64,000 nt of DNA, from assembly GCF_016903815.1 (NCBI RefSeq), contig NZ_CP069973.1. One strand, written 5' to 3'. Source of the stretch: Escherichia coli. Lineage in GTDB: Bacteria; Pseudomonadota; Gammaproteobacteria; Enterobacterales; Enterobacteriaceae. Shown in pieces: positions 1-15,500 of the stretch (position 1 is the first letter of the stretch; each line of letters starts with the position of its first letter). The position numbers and the translations under genes were made by a program. Under the pieces are notes generated by a model. It was not told the DNA's origin and searched no databases. It saw only the letters and a program-made list of their open reading frames with translations.

Positions 1-1348
1 TGCTGGCGATGTTGCTCCATGAGCTGTCACTGGCCAGCATGTTTTGCAGGTTAACGTTGATCGCCCCCCCAAGCGGCAGCGTCAGACGGGTTTCGCCCAC
101 TGCCTGATTATCGTATCCATATCCCGTTGCCGCCCAGCTAAGCGTACTCAGTGAGCCGGAGGTCGAGGCACCTGCCAGCCAACTCTCTTTAGCTGGTCGC
201 GTCTTTTTCCCGTTTTCCGACCAGCGATCCATATGAAAGCTACCGCCCCATATCTGCCACGCCAGTGGTGCACCGACGCCGCGCCCCCGGCTAAACAGCT
301 TATTGACCCGTTGAGTGCGTTTGCTGATCACGCGACCGTTAACGATCACCTCAACTTCCACATCGTAAATACCGTACGGTAGACCTCGGGTATCCACTTC
401 ATGATTGCCCATGGTGAAGTTCTGAACGCTTAATAGCCGCCCATCACGGGTGAGATGTACTTCGCCCGCCGCCGGTAAAAAGGCGATCACTGGCGTGGCT
501 GACTGGCTGCTGTCGAAGATGGTGGAGCTGGCCTGGTTTCCCCAGGAAAGGCCGTAAATCTTCCCTGCTGAAATGGCGGTCATCGGCCCTAAGGACTGCA
601 AGTTCCAGGTGTCGAGCATTCCACCGGCAAATCGGTGACCGGCAAAATCGCGTTCATACATCGCTTTATATAATTCACTGTCCTGTTGACCGCTACCGAT
701 CCCGTACAGCGAGCCGTCGAGCACCACGTGATGTTCGCGCAGTGCAGTAACGTTATTCAGCGACAGATAGCTGGATGTGTTGCTCCCGCCGTTACGCAAC
801 TGGTTGTTATAGACGCCGAAGTTATAGCTCAGATTACTGCTGAGGGTGTTAACACTGGACTGCCCGATGTCTTCGCTACGTGAGCGTAGTACGGTGCCCA
901 GCGCTTCGCGCTTGACCACTAGCTGCAGCAGCAGTTGGCGCAAGCTGAGATCCAGCTGCGCGTTGTCAGTCAGGGGGATGGTAAGGGCCTCATTGAACGG
1001 GGCGTTCGCCAGAGCCATCAGCTGCTGTCGAGTTTGTTCGCTGACACTGGCGTTATCTTCACTCTCTTCCAGCTGTATTTTCCGGATGCGTAGCTGTCCA
1101 TCATCCAGCCAGATAAAAGCGCTGCCGATTCGCTGATCGTCCTGGCGACCCTGGCTACCGGCGAGATGAATATAAAGCGGGACGCTCATGCCGTCCTGGA
1201 GCGCCTGACTGAAGGCCTGCGGAATAATCACCCCACCTATTTGCTGCGCACTTATGTCAGCAGCGCTGGCATCGGGCTGAACGAACAAAAAGACCATGCC
1301 GAAGGCAAACTGGGCTTTCAGTCCTGGGGAGAACCGTCGTAAAGGCAT
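1..1348 (-). CDS. ecpC: E. coli common pilus usher EcpC, N-terminal part; continues beyond window start
   Basis: Reverse-strand frame open from an ATG near 1348 to the window edge; begins [29 protein letters not shown] (signal-peptide-like); sits directly downstream of ecpB in the ecpRABC order. Confidence 0.7.
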   Translation of the reverse strand, partial: MPLRRFSPGLKAQFAFGMVFLFVQPDASAADISAQQIGGVIIPQAFSQALQDGMSVPLYIHLAGSQGRQDDQRIGSAFIWLDDGQLRIRKIQLEESEDNASVSEQTRQQLMALANAPFNEALTIPLTDNAQLDLSLRQLLLQLVVKREALGTVLRSRSEDIGQSSVNTLSSNLSYNFGVYNNQLRNGGSNTSSYLSLNNVTALREHHVVLDGSLYGIGSGQQDSELYKAMYERDFAGHRFAGGMLDTWNLQSLGPMTAISAGKIYGLSWGNQASSTIFDSSQSATPVIAFLPAAGEVHLTRDGRLLSVQNFTMGNHEVDTRGLPYGIYDVEVEVIVNGRVISKRTQRVNKLFSRGRGVGAPLAWQIWGGSFHMDRWSENGKKTRPAKESWLAGASTSGSLSTLSWAATGYGYDNQAVGETRLTLPLGGAINVNLQNMLASDSSWSNIAS

Positions 1349-1373
1349 TGTCGTTATCCATCTGCACAGCTAT

Positions 1374-2042
1374 CTATTTCACGGGAATGAACTTATCACC
1401 CTGCCAAAGTGCAACCCGTCCTTTGTTATCCGCCGTGTCCACGCGGGTAAAACGACGCGACTTGCCCGGCATCAGGTAGTAATTCTCTTTACACTCCTTA
1501 CCATTGGCGGCTTTCAGGCAGGGGCCGTAGGCGAGGATCCGCAGCGTCGCATTTCCTGTATTTGTCAGGGAGCCGTTGGCGTACTGAAAGCGGTAGTTCG
1601 CCTGGCGGGGGGCGACGACCAGAATGGTGCCGATGCGGGCGGAAGCAGTGGCTACAGCGCTGCGGTTGGCATTATCGCGCTGCGCATCACTGAGGGCCTG
1701 ATCGAACCAGACAATGCGGTAGTAGCGCTCTTTTTCATCTGCTGGTCCCTTATAGAAGAAGCGGATCACTTCGCTGGCTTGGGCGGGTAGCAGCAAGCTA
1801 GCGGGAGTGAGTAGCAACTCATCCGGCTTGTCCATTGCGATAACCTGCCCGTCGTCAAGCGGTGAAGAGAGCCGTTCGAGACGGATATTGATGAGGCGGC
1901 CACTGTCGGTACTGTTTTGGATCGTTTTGCTCAGCGTGCTGCTGTCACTGTTCATAAACGATGATATATCGCCGACATCCAGCGCCTGGGCCGGAGATAT
2001 TCCGGAAAACAGCAGAGCGAGAGGCAGAAGGTGCTTTTTCAT
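1374..2042 (-). CDS. ecpB: Ecp pilus periplasmic chaperone
   Basis: 222-aa ORF with N-terminal signal peptide ([20 protein letters not shown]); position between ecpA and ecpC. Confidence 0.85.
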   Translation of the reverse strand: MKKHLLPLALLFSGISPAQALDVGDISSFMNSDSSTLSKTIQNSTDSGRLINIRLERLSSPLDDGQVIAMDKPDELLLTPASLLLPAQASEVIRFFYKGPADEKERYYRIVWFDQALSDAQRDNANRSAVATASARIGTILVVAPRQANYRFQYANGSLTNTGNATLRILAYGPCLKAANGKECKENYYLMPGKSRRFTRVDTADNKGRVALWQGDKFIPVK

Positions 2043-2060
2043 AACAATTCCGTCCAGGAA

Positions 2061-2086
2061 TAAAGCAGGGGGGCTACCCCTGCTGG
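2061..2086 (-). terminator. GC-rich stem-loop between ecpA and ecpB (partial terminator or attenuator)
   Basis: Reverse strand reads AGCAGGGG-loop-CCCCTGCT followed by TTTATT; an 8-bp G/C stem directly after the ecpA stop. Confidence 0.45.
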
Positions 2087-2099
2087 TACATCAGAGAGA

Positions 2100-2687
2100 T
2101 TAACTGGTCCAGGTCGCGTCGAACTGTACGCTAACGTCGCCGCTCCAGATGCCTTCCGGTAGAGTGCTGTAATCGGTTACTGCGGTGGTACCATTGGTGG
2201 TGCCGCTGATGATGGAGAAAGTGAAACCATCCTGTGCGGTGGTACGATTGCTGGCATTGTAACCGTTAGCCAGTGGGCTAAGGTTGCCGCCCAGTACGCC
2301 GTTGGCGGTATCGATCATCACGGTATCGCCAGTTTTTTCGACTGCCGCGCCGTTATAATCCACGCCCACATTCAGTGTGGAACCTGAGGTATCCAACTGG
2401 GTTAAGGTGTTGGTGATAAGACGTGAGGTCAGTTTAAAGGCGGTAGCCGTTGAGTCACCCTCGATAGCCACGTCAAATAGACCTTTCTGTGAGTTAAAAC
2501 CTTTAATGCCTTCGGCATACTGGAACGCCAGGCTACCGAGTGGCGTCACAACCAGCTTACTGGTGGTGTCTTTTTTGGCTGTTGCTGACCAGGTCGCTAC
2601 AGCCTGAGCTGTTACGTCAGCAGCCTGCGCCACACCTGTACCGGTAAACACCGTTACCAGAGCTATTGCCAGAACCTTTTTTTTCAT
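2100..2687 (-). CDS. ecpA: E. coli common pilus major subunit (MatB)
   Basis: 195-aa ORF, signal peptide [22 protein letters not shown], Ser/Thr/Gly-rich pilin-like body; matches recalled EcpA. Confidence 0.9.
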   Translation of the reverse strand: MKKKVLAIALVTVFTGTGVAQAADVTAQAVATWSATAKKDTTSKLVVTPLGSLAFQYAEGIKGFNSQKGLFDVAIEGDSTATAFKLTSRLITNTLTQLDTSGSTLNVGVDYNGAAVEKTGDTVMIDTANGVLGGNLSPLANGYNASNRTTAQDGFTFSIISGTTNGTTAVTDYSTLPEGIWSGDVSVQFDATWTS

Positions 2688-2761
2688 TGCTTTTCTTCCC
2701 GAGTTGAATTGAGGACGTGATGTCCCTGTGAGTCATTTTTTAAAACTAACTTGCCTGGAGT

Positions 2762-3373
<612 letters not shown>

Positions 3374-4387
3374 TTACAGGTACATTCAGTTTCTTTAGTA
3401 AATCGGAAGTAAATAAGATACGTAGCACATATCAATATAGGTTAAACGAGATTAAGTTTTAATTATTTCGATTAGGTTTAAATTTATGTTTTTTTCCTGA
3501 TGAGTGTCAATATGTGAACAGAAAAGGAATTCCATGGTTAAGTCAATATTTACAAAAAATGAAAATATTGCTTTTTTGATAAGAAGAAAAAGACATTCAG
3601 TTTCATAAGGTTATTGGCAATATAACGTTCAATTCTTACTTGCATTTTATATTAGCCAGGAACTTTGCCCTGAGGTGTTAGGAATAGTCTTAATGTGTTG
3701 TGTAATGGACTAGTAAAAAAACAAGTTTAAATGATAAGAAATAGAATATAAAACTATCATGAGTTATAATTAAAGATGATTTTCCAATCAGTAAGGTGTT
3801 TTAATGGATTAACATGCCGCACAAAATGGTTATGGGTGTTCATCCCAATAAGTGATGAAAAATTAAACAGGTGTAAGTACGTCATCTGTCCGGTAAGCCC
3901 CCTAAGAGCCAAATTAAGTGAAGTTAAACGAAGACTGCCAGTTGTCACAGGAACGATGGCCTCTTTGCCAGGGCACTGCATTCAGTCATCTGTGCGCGTT
4001 ACTCTAACTGGCACTCGAACGTCGGCGATGGGGTTACCGGTGGATCAGGCCGTTCCTGTGGCGTAAACGTTTTTATGTCAGTACCAACAGATTTACCACA
4101 TTTATCATCTTAACCGTTTGAGTGTAAATGCAGGCTGCGTCGCAAAGGGAGGAAACTGAGTGGCGTGTTCAGTCTAAAAGAGAGTTGATGCCAGCATACA
4201 GGGCGCACCTGGTCAACAAGTCAACATTAATATAATGGAATATTCGGAGAGAAACGTCAGGCAGTTGACCTTAAATGAACAGGAAGATACATCCCCAGGA
4301 AAATTAATGCTGGTGTAATAAATACACCAACATTAATCCGGTCTGATTATTAATCAGACAAATATCGTTAATTCGTCGAATTTTGAA

Positions 4388-4528
4388 TCAACGTTTTTTC
4401 TTACGACCCTGAACGGCCTTAAAACGTGGATTAGATTTACAAATCACATATAGCCGTCCTTTTCGCTTCACAATCTGACAGTCTGGATGGCGTTCTTTTG
4501 CGGTACGCAGAGAGTTAAGGACTTTCAT
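4388..4528 (-). CDS. rpmJ2: Zinc-independent ribosomal protein L36 paralog
   Basis: 46-aa [49 protein letters not shown] read from the reverse strand; absent from the ORF track because it is short; its ATG overlaps the rpmE2 stop (ATGA). Confidence 0.85.
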   Translation of the reverse strand: MKVLNSLRTAKERHPDCQIVKRKGRLYVICKSNPRFKAVQGRKKKR

Positions 4529-4791
4529 CATGCCCCCTTTTTCGTGCTAACAAAACGACCAAAACGTTGGGTGAATCGTGCAACATTTCCTTCTGATGCC
4601 ACTGTTCTCAGCTTCCCTGTATAGAACGGGTGCGATTTAGAAGAGACATCAATTGTCACGTACGGATACGTTACGCCATCCAGCTCAATCTCACGGTCTG
4701 TTTTGATAGTCGAGCCGATTTTAAAGTACTCATCAACACTGGTGTCGTGGAACACCACAGTACGATACTCAGGATGGATATTGGGCTTCAT
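4528..4791 (-). CDS. rpmE2: Zinc-independent ribosomal protein L31 paralog
   Basis: 87-aa product [59 protein letters not shown]...; start taken at the second Met of the track ORF. Confidence 0.9.
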
Positions 4792-4802
4792 CATTTTTAC
4801 CT

Positions 4803-4820
4803 GTTATGTTATAACATAAC
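4803..4820 (-). promoter_or_regulatory. Zur box (zinc uptake regulator operator) upstream of rpmE2-rpmJ2
   Basis: Perfect 18-bp palindrome GTTATGTTATAACATAAC about 10 bp upstream of the rpmE2 start; matches the Zur operator type known for this operon. Confidence 0.75.
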
Positions 4821-5719
4821 CATAAAGATACATGCTCATCCGGATCATTTCAACACCCAATCCCTGTGACCATTTGTGGTATGTGGAATTTCGGCAACGG
4901 GGAAGTCTGGCATTGTTAGCAGCCATTGGCGACGCTCCCATAAACGCCTTGATGAGTGATGGTTTCGCTGAGAGTATGAATTTTTCGAGAATGGAGGCTA
5001 TCTCCATTTTACTGGCCGATGATTTATCGCAGTTTGATTGCCGGACAGCGTGTATTCCTCTCCCACGGATATAATAATTACTTACAAAAAAGGGAGAGGA
5101 TGCATATTTTTTAATATCACTGAAGTGAACAGTTTATTGCCGTTATTAATAGAAATGGAGAAATAAATAGGCGTATTCTACAATTGCGACAAAAACAACG
5201 ATATTAATCAGTTTATGACTGATTTGTTGTACTTTATTCTCTTTCATTGGTACTTCCTCGCTTTAAAAAAGAGTGCACTTCGTAAGTGCCCTTATATAAA
5301 TAACGAGTTTGGTCAACCAATTTTTTGACATGTATCACAAATTTGAATAGATGTATTACATCGGCTATCTTTTATTGCCCCAACGTCATTGATATATGTC
5401 GCCTGAAGTCAGTCCGGGAATGAGTCTGATCTCAAAACTGGCCCAGCCCGGGCGTTGATTGGCGCTGAGGAGCATATCGCATCTCATCATAATGTCGTAT
5501 CTCCTGGGGTGTTATACAAGATATCGTTGTTGGTGACCTGGGAGAGGAATTGAGTTCTATTAAACCGTCAACTATGCCGGATACATACTGGATTACACAG
5601 CAGGCACGCCTTACGAGAGAACGTGCCGCAGTGACGAGTTAATTATCTGAAAGAATTTGCGAGGCTGTATCGGTTACTCATTGGTTTAATAGTTTTACTC
5701 TCGGGAGAGTAATAGATAT

Positions 5720-6862
5720 TTAATCCATTAACGGAAACCAGCCAGTTCCTTTCGATGCCTGAATTTGATCCCATAGTTTATCCGGAATGGTTAATTCAGG
5801 AACAAGTTGTGGATTAAGGGTTGTTTGAATTTCATGGCTTCTACCTGATTCAGCTAAAGTCACCCATTCTGGATTTATCACCAGCCCTTTACCGATCGCA
5901 ACAAGTGGCAGGCCAGCGGAAATTGCTTCTTGAGCCTGAGACGGTGTGCGTATTTTACCTGCAGCGATTACCGGCACTCTGCCTGCAATATGATTTAAAA
6001 TCAATTCAATAGTTCGGGGGCCATTTGGCGACTCAACAGGGTAGCTATCGTTAATACTGACCAGCGAGGTATGTATATACGAAATACCGGATGAAATGAG
6101 TCGATCAAGGAGTTTATAAGTATCCTCTATCCGCAGCCCCCCTGTTACAGATTCTTCAGGAGATATTCTGTAACCGATAGCAAAGCGCTTTGTCGCATAT
6201 TCATAGACTACATTTTTTACTTCCTGTAATACGGCCAGCGGGAAGCGCATACGTCCTTCAAGATCTCCTCCCCATCGGTCATTACGCTGGTTAAATAGAG
6301 GGGAGAAGAAATTCTGCAGAAGGAATCCGTGCGCACCATGAAGTTCAACGCCATCAAAACCTGCTTTAATCGCCCTTTTTGTGACATCTCCGAATGCTCT
6401 AATGGTTTCCTGAATTTCGTTTTCAGTCATTTCCCTGCTTTGTACCACTCTCTTCATAAAGTCACCAGATTTTACGCTTGATGCGCTGGCACTAATAACA
6501 TCGTTATTTGGCACAAGCTCCGGGATGGCTTTATTACCAGCGTGGAAAATCTGCAAAATAGCCGGAGCACCGCCACTTTTGGCTGCAGCTGCTAACTTTT
6601 CAAGGCTGTTAATGAAACGGTCGTCATACGCGGCAAATTCATGAGTAAACCCAATGCCGCTTGGCGTGACATAGGTGCATCCTGTTATTACTAAACCAAC
6701 ATTTTGTGAGCGACGTTTATAAAATTCGAGTTCTTGCTCAGAGATGGTTCCATCAGGATTAGCTGACCAGGTTGTCATAGGAGCCATAACGATACGATTA
6801 CGTAGCTTTATTTTTTCTGTCAGCATAAAAGGAGAAAACAATGATGGGTGTTTATTTGTCAT
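5720..6862 (-). CDS. Old-yellow-enzyme family NADH:flavin oxidoreductase
   Basis: 380-aa ORF; N-terminal LFSPFMLTEKIKLRNRIVMAPMTT motif typical of OYE/NemA-like FMN reductases; GAGGT 6 nt upstream of the ATG. Confidence 0.8.
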   Translation of the reverse strand: MTNKHPSLFSPFMLTEKIKLRNRIVMAPMTTWSANPDGTISEQELEFYKRRSQNVGLVITGCTYVTPSGIGFTHEFAAYDDRFINSLEKLAAAAKSGGAPAILQIFHAGNKAIPELVPNNDVISASASSVKSGDFMKRVVQSREMTENEIQETIRAFGDVTKRAIKAGFDGVELHGAHGFLLQNFFSPLFNQRNDRWGGDLEGRMRFPLAVLQEVKNVVYEYATKRFAIGYRISPEESVTGGLRIEDTYKLLDRLISSGISYIHTSLVSINDSYPVESPNGPRTIELILNHIAGRVPVIAAGKIRTPSQAQEAISAGLPLVAIGKGLVINPEWVTLAESGRSHEIQTTLNPQLVPELTIPDKLWDQIQASKGTGWFPLMD

Positions 6863-7035
6863 AACAATACCTCAAATGTTTATCTGATTTTAATGCGTAT
6901 AATCTTAATAAGTTGAGTTGCTACTTTTTGATGCTTTTTTTCCTTTAATAGAATTCTTTTTGAGTAATTTTATTATTGTTGTGTAGTCAATAAAGGATAA
7001 ATGTCAGGGAGATAAGGAATCTCCCTGTAAGATTA

Positions 7036-7956
7036 TTACAAATGTGTTTTATAAAAAGGAATTAATTTTTCGAGTGCCTGTTTCACAGGTTCTGGCTTAT
7101 CATACAGGTCGTAATGTGAATAACCTTCAACCACGACCAGCTCTTTATGTTTTGAGGCAGCGCGGCCAATAATTTCGCAGCCGTCACGGTAGGCACCAAA
7201 TGCGCCCACTCTATCGCCCACCACAACCATTATTGGTTGAGTTAACAGGACTTCTGCAAGATGAAATGCATCCCAACCCACGGCAACAGTCTGATGTGAG
7301 AATAGCGAACGATTTACCCCATTAGGTGCACAGCCTCGTGGCGAACGATAATATTCTGTGGCTTCAAAAAGGTCTATTTCTGTTAATCCCGCTTCAAGAG
7401 CTGCATCCGGAGAAGAGGGGAGTAAATCATCTACGCGAAGTTTTGCGCCGTTAGCTTCGTCTGTTCTTTGTTGCGCCATCGCTTCGAGTGCTCCGATAGG
7501 ATTAAACGCTGTAAATCCCTCACGCATAAGACGCCCGTAGTTTGCACCCGTGACAGTACCAATAGCTTTAATTCGACGTTCTGTCATTGCGGCATTAATG
7601 GCATATCCACCTCCACCACAAATACCCAGTACACCAATACGCCCGGCATCAACGTAAGGTAAGGTGGTAAGGTAATCAACGACAATGCTGAAGTCTTTTA
7701 CTCGCATTGTTGGATCTTCCAGATAACGCGGTTCTCCACCGCTGCTTCCCTGAAAACTGGCATCAAAAGCAATGACGATAAAGCCAGCTTTTGCCAGGGC
7801 GGCACCATACACACTACCCGATGTCTGTTCTTTGCAGCTTCCAATTGGATGGGCGCTGATAATGGCAGGATACTTTTTTTCACTATTAAAATCGTCAGGG
7901 AAATAGATATCAGCAGCTATATCCCAGTAAGTATGTTTTATCGAAACAGTTTTCAT
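7036..7956 (-). CDS. Alpha/beta hydrolase (dienelactone-hydrolase-like)
   Basis: 306-aa ORF; GICGGGGYA nucleophile-elbow-like motif; same strand as and upstream of the OYE gene. Confidence 0.7.
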   Translation of the reverse strand: MKTVSIKHTYWDIAADIYFPDDFNSEKKYPAIISAHPIGSCKEQTSGSVYGAALAKAGFIVIAFDASFQGSSGGEPRYLEDPTMRVKDFSIVVDYLTTLPYVDAGRIGVLGICGGGGYAINAAMTERRIKAIGTVTGANYGRLMREGFTAFNPIGALEAMAQQRTDEANGAKLRVDDLLPSSPDAALEAGLTEIDLFEATEYYRSPRGCAPNGVNRSLFSHQTVAVGWDAFHLAEVLLTQPIMVVVGDRVGAFGAYRDGCEIIGRAASKHKELVVVEGYSHYDLYDKPEPVKQALEKLIPFYKTHL

Positions 7957-8112
7957 TTCAAGCTCCGGGGATTTGCCTAAACAGATTTAAATATCATTTC
8001 TATTATCCGCAACTGGCATTCGTGTTCATATCGAGAACGGCGTAATAGTATGACTTGTATTGGTTATCATCAATGGTCTAATATCTATCACAGTGTTAAG
8101 TTAAGGTTTACA

Positions 8113-9039
8113 ATGATGAAAATAGAGCCTTCAATTTTGCCTTCTCTTGCCTGGTTTGCGCTTATTGTTCGTGCCGGCAGTTTTTCCAGAGCCGCTTCTG
8201 AAATGGGTATTACGCGGGCCGCATTGTCCCAGAATTTAAAATCTCTTGAGGAACGTCTTAACACCAAGCTGATATACCGTACGACCCGCAATATGTCGCT
8301 TACTGAGGAAGGACAGCGTCTGTATGAAGTGCTGGTGTCGGCTTTGGGGCAAATTGATGATGCTTTGAAAGATGTTGGTGATACCCAACTTGAACCTACA
8401 GGCCTGTTGAGAATAAATTCCTCCCGTGTTGCAGCACGGATGCTTGTTGAGCCTCATATTGGCGAGTTTCTTACTCGTTACCCCAAAACAAAGATAGAAC
8501 TCATTATGGATGACGGTTTATCTAACATTATTGCGGACGGCTGTGATGTGGGCATACGTCTTGAGCAAGGACTGGATGAGCATATGACTGCCGTTCCTGT
8601 TTCTCCGCTTATTAAACTGGTTACTGTGGCATCGCCAGATTATTTAAAAGAACACGGTATTCCTGAAACGCCTCAGGAACTGAGTAACCATAATTGCCTT
8701 CGGTTGCGGCATAAAAGTAGCGGTGCACTCTCTGCATGGGAGTTTTCTAATGTTGTGGGGGGTAATGAAGAGTTCGAAATAGAGGTTTCAGGTAAGTATA
8801 TTTCTAATGATGACGAAAGCATGATACGAATGGCGCTGAATGGAACGGGTATCATTCAACATCTGGATTTTGCAATCGCTGAACATATCAATGCGGGCAA
8901 GTTACAGCCGATTCTTGAGGATTGGGCCGTTTCATTTCCTGGATTTTATATATATGTTTCATCACGGGTGAGAATGCCCTCTAAAGTTCGTGCTTTTATT
9001 GATTTTATGGTGGAGAAAAGAGTAAAAATAGAAAGTTAA
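8113..9039 (+). CDS. LysR-family transcriptional regulator
   Basis: N-terminal HTH (LAWFALIVRAGSFSRAASEMGITRAALSQNLKSLEERLN); start set at the internal MMKIEP after AAGG; divergent from the hydrolase gene. Confidence 0.8.
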   Translation: MMKIEPSILPSLAWFALIVRAGSFSRAASEMGITRAALSQNLKSLEERLNTKLIYRTTRNMSLTEEGQRLYEVLVSALGQIDDALKDVGDTQLEPTGLLRINSSRVAARMLVEPHIGEFLTRYPKTKIELIMDDGLSNIIADGCDVGIRLEQGLDEHMTAVPVSPLIKLVTVASPDYLKEHGIPETPQELSNHNCLRLRHKSSGALSAWEFSNVVGGNEEFEIEVSGKYISNDDESMIRMALNGTGIIQHLDFAIAEHINAGKLQPILEDWAVSFPGFYIYVSSRVRMPSKVRAFIDFMVEKRVKIES

Positions 9040-9121
9040 TGATGTGTGTCAGAATATCGGTAAGAAGAATGGCGCAATCGTGAGGATACGTTTATTCATA
9101 ATAAATCTCCTGAAAGTTTAG

Positions 9122-12045
<2,924 letters not shown>

Positions 12046-12595
12046 TTATCGTTCATGAGAAGCATAACGTAAAGGGAAAAGCTCGATTAGACGGCAGGAT
12101 TTGTCAGGGGGTATGAACAAAATTCATAAATCTGTTTGAGGGTTGAGATTAGTCGTGCAAGTTCGATATCCCCGGAATTTACAGTCCGATGAATATAAAT
12201 GAATGTCCATAAAAAATATATTGGTTTATCCTGGCGTATATACTCACTTCGACGTACTCCCAATAGCAGTTAATTAAAGACGGGTCATTATTATTCACTC
12301 TTAATAATGAATTATTCACTGCCCGCAGAGTAAGAAATATAACTTAAGTATCTATTTAATAACTTGCACAAAAAGCTAAATTTTTACCCATAAATAAAAA
12401 TATAATCCCGCGCCCAACCACCTGATGAGTGGCTACAGACACTGGATATATTAGGTGGCGGTGTACTTTCTTACATAAAGGTATTTCCTTTTCTGCGGAA
12501 AAGGAAACCGGGAAATCCCCGGTTTTTCTGACAAGCAGACGCCATTATTTGTGTCTGCCTATGTTCGTTAATTCGTTCATCAGGAAATTATCTCA

Positions 12596-15500
12596 ATGTC
12601 ACGTTATAAAACAGGTCATAAACAACCACGATTTCGTTATTCAGTTCTGGCCCGCTGCGTGGCGTGGGCAAATATCTCTGTTCAGGTTCTTTTTCCACTC
12701 GCTGTCACCTTTACGCCAGTAATGGCAGCACGTGCGCAGCATACGGTTCAGCCACGTTTGAGCATGGAAAATACCACAGTAGCTGCTGATAATAATGTGG
12801 AGAAAAATGTCGCGTCGTTTGCCGCAAATGCCGGGACATTTTTAAGCAGTCAGCCAGATAGCGATGCGACACGTAACTTTATTACCGGAATGGCCACAGC
12901 TAAAGCTAACCAGGAAATACAGGAGTGGCTCGGGAAATATGGTACTGCGCGCGTCAAACTGAATGTCGATAAAGAATTCTCGCTGAAGGATTCTTCGCTG
13001 GAAATGCTTTATCCGATTTATGATACGCCGACAAATATGTTGTTCACTCAGGGAGCAATACATCGTACCGACGATCGTACTCAGTCAAATATTGGTTTTG
13101 GCTGGCGTCATTTTTCAGGAAATGACTGGATGGCGGGGGTGAACACCTTTATCGACCATGATTTATCCCGTAGTCATACCCGCATTGGTGTTGGTGCGGA
13201 ATACTGGCGTGATTATTTGAAATTGAGCGCCAATGGTTATATCCGGGCTTCTGGCTGGAAAAAATCGCCGGATGTTGAGGATTATCAGGAACGCCCGGCG
13301 AATGGCTGGGATATTCGTGCTGAGGGCTATTTACCCGCCTGGCCGCAGCTTGGCGCAAGCCTGATGTATGAGCAGTATTATGGCGATGAAGTCGGGCTGT
13401 TTGGCAAAGATAAACGCCAGAAAGATCCACATGCGATTACCGCTGAAGTGAATTACACGCCAGTGCCTCTTCTGACCCTGAGTGCCGGGCATAAGCAGGG
13501 CAAGAGTGGTGAGAATGACACTCGCTTTGGCTTGGAAGTTAATTATCGGATTGGCGAACCTCTGCAAAAACAACTCGATACAGACAGCATTCGCGAGCGT
13601 CGAATGCTGGCAGGCAGCCGCTATGACCTGGTTGAGCGTAATAACAACATCGTTCTTGAGTACCGCAAATCTGAAGTGATCCGTATTGCTCTGCCTGAGC
13701 GTATTGAAGGTAAGGGCGGTCAGACGGTTTCCCTGGGGCTTGTGGTCAGCAAAGCAACACACGGACTGAAAAATGTGCAGTGGGAAGCGCCGTCATTACT
13801 GGCTGAAGGTGGCAAAATTACCGGTCAGGGTAGTCAGTGGCAAGTAACGCTCCCGGCTTATCGTCCAGGCAAAGACAATTATTATGCGATTTCAGCAGTT
13901 GCCTACGATAACAAAGGCAATGCCTCGAAACGTGTGCAGACAGAAGTGGTTATTACCGGAGCTGGTATGAGCGCCGATCGCACGGCGTTAACGCTTGACG
14001 GTCAGAGCCGTATTCAAATGCTTGCTAACGGTAATGAGCAAAAGCCGCTGGTGCTGTCTCTGCGCGACGCCGAGGGTCAGCCAGTCACGGGCATGAAGGA
14101 GCAGATCAAGACTGAACTAACCTTCAAACCGGCTGGAAATATTGTGACTCGTACCCTGAAGGCCACTAAATCACAGGCACAGCCCACACTGGGTGAGTTC
14201 ACCGAAACTGAAGCAGGGGTGTACCAGTCTGTCTTTACGACCGGAACGCAGTCAGGTGAGGCAACGATTACTGTTAGCGTTGATGGCATGAGCAAAACCG
14301 TCACTGCAGAACTGCGGGCCACGATGATGGATGTGGCAAACTCCACCCTGAGCGCTAACGAGCCGTCAGGTGACGTGGTTGCTGATGGTCAGCAAGCCTA
14401 CACGCTGACGCTGACTGCGGTGGACTCCGAGGGTAATCCGGTGACGGGAGAAGCCAGCCGCCTGCGACTTGTTCCGCAAGACACTAATGGTGTTACCGTT
14501 GGTGCCATTTCGGAAATAAAACCAGGGGTTTACAGCGCCACGGTTTCTTCGACCCGTGCCGGAAACGTTGTTGTGCGCGCCTTCAGCGAGCAGTATCAGC
14601 TGGGCACATTACAACAAACGCTGAAGTTTGTTGCCGGGCCGCTTGATGCAGCACATTCGTCCATCACCCTGAATCCTGATAAACCGGTGGTCGGCGGTAC
14701 GCTTACGGCAATCTGGTCGACAAAAGATGCCAATGACAACCCTGTGACCAGCCTCACGCCGGAAGCGCCGTCATTAGCGGGTGCCGCTGCTGTTGGTTCT
14801 ACGGCATCTGGCTGGACAAATAATGGTGATGGGACGTGGACTGCGCAGATTACTCTCGGCTCTACGGCGGGTGAATTAGAAGTTATGCCGAAGCTAAATG
14901 GACAGGATGCGGCAGCAAATGCGGCAAAAGTAACCGTGGTGGCTGATGCGTTATCTTCAAACCAGTCGAAAGTCTCTGTCGCGGAAGATCACGTAAAAGC
15001 CGGCGAAAGCACAACCGTGACGTTGGTGGCGAAAGATGCACATGGCAACGCTATCAGTGGTCTTTCGTTGTCGGCAAGTTTGACGGGGACCGCCTCTGAA
15101 GGGGCGACCGTTTCCAGTTGGACCGAAAAAGGTGACGGTTCCTATGTTGCTACGTTAACTACAGGCGGAAAGACGGGCGAGCTTCGTGTCATGCCGCTCT
15201 TCAACGGCCAGCCAGCAGCCACCGAAGCCGCGCAGCTGACTGTTATTGCCGGAGAGATGTCATCAGCGAATTCTACGCTTGTTGCGGACAATAAAACTCC
15301 AACGGTTAAAACGACGACGGAACTCACCTTCACCGTGAAGGATGCGTACGGGAATCCGGTCACCGGGCTGAAGCCAGATGCACCAGTGTTTAGCGGTGCC
15401 GCCAGCACGGGGAGTGAGCGTCCTTCAGCAGGAAACTGGACAGAGAAAGGTAATGGGGTCTACGTGTCGACCTTAACGCTGGGATCTGCCGCGGGTCAGT

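Noticed and set aside
686-1790. Forward-strand ORFs (686-883, 846-1136, 1296-1790) at the left edge
   Set aside because: They lie antisense to the ecpC/ecpB frames, which have signal peptides and operon context
3757-3981. 74-aa reverse ORF in the AT-rich region upstream of ecpR (possibly the small gene annotated ykgL in K-12)
   Set aside because: No RBS or domain evidence visible from sequence alone; I cannot confirm identity without a database comparison
4804-5074. Short ORFs (4804-5007 reverse, 4832-5074 forward) next to the Zur box
   Set aside because: They overlap the rpmE2 promoter/operator region, have no RBS, and show no recognisable protein features
5075-5719. Possible gene remnant in the spacer between the rpmE2 promoter and the OYE gene
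   Set aside because: Locally coding-like GC content, but all frames are broken by stops within about 100 bp; cannot be called without homology search
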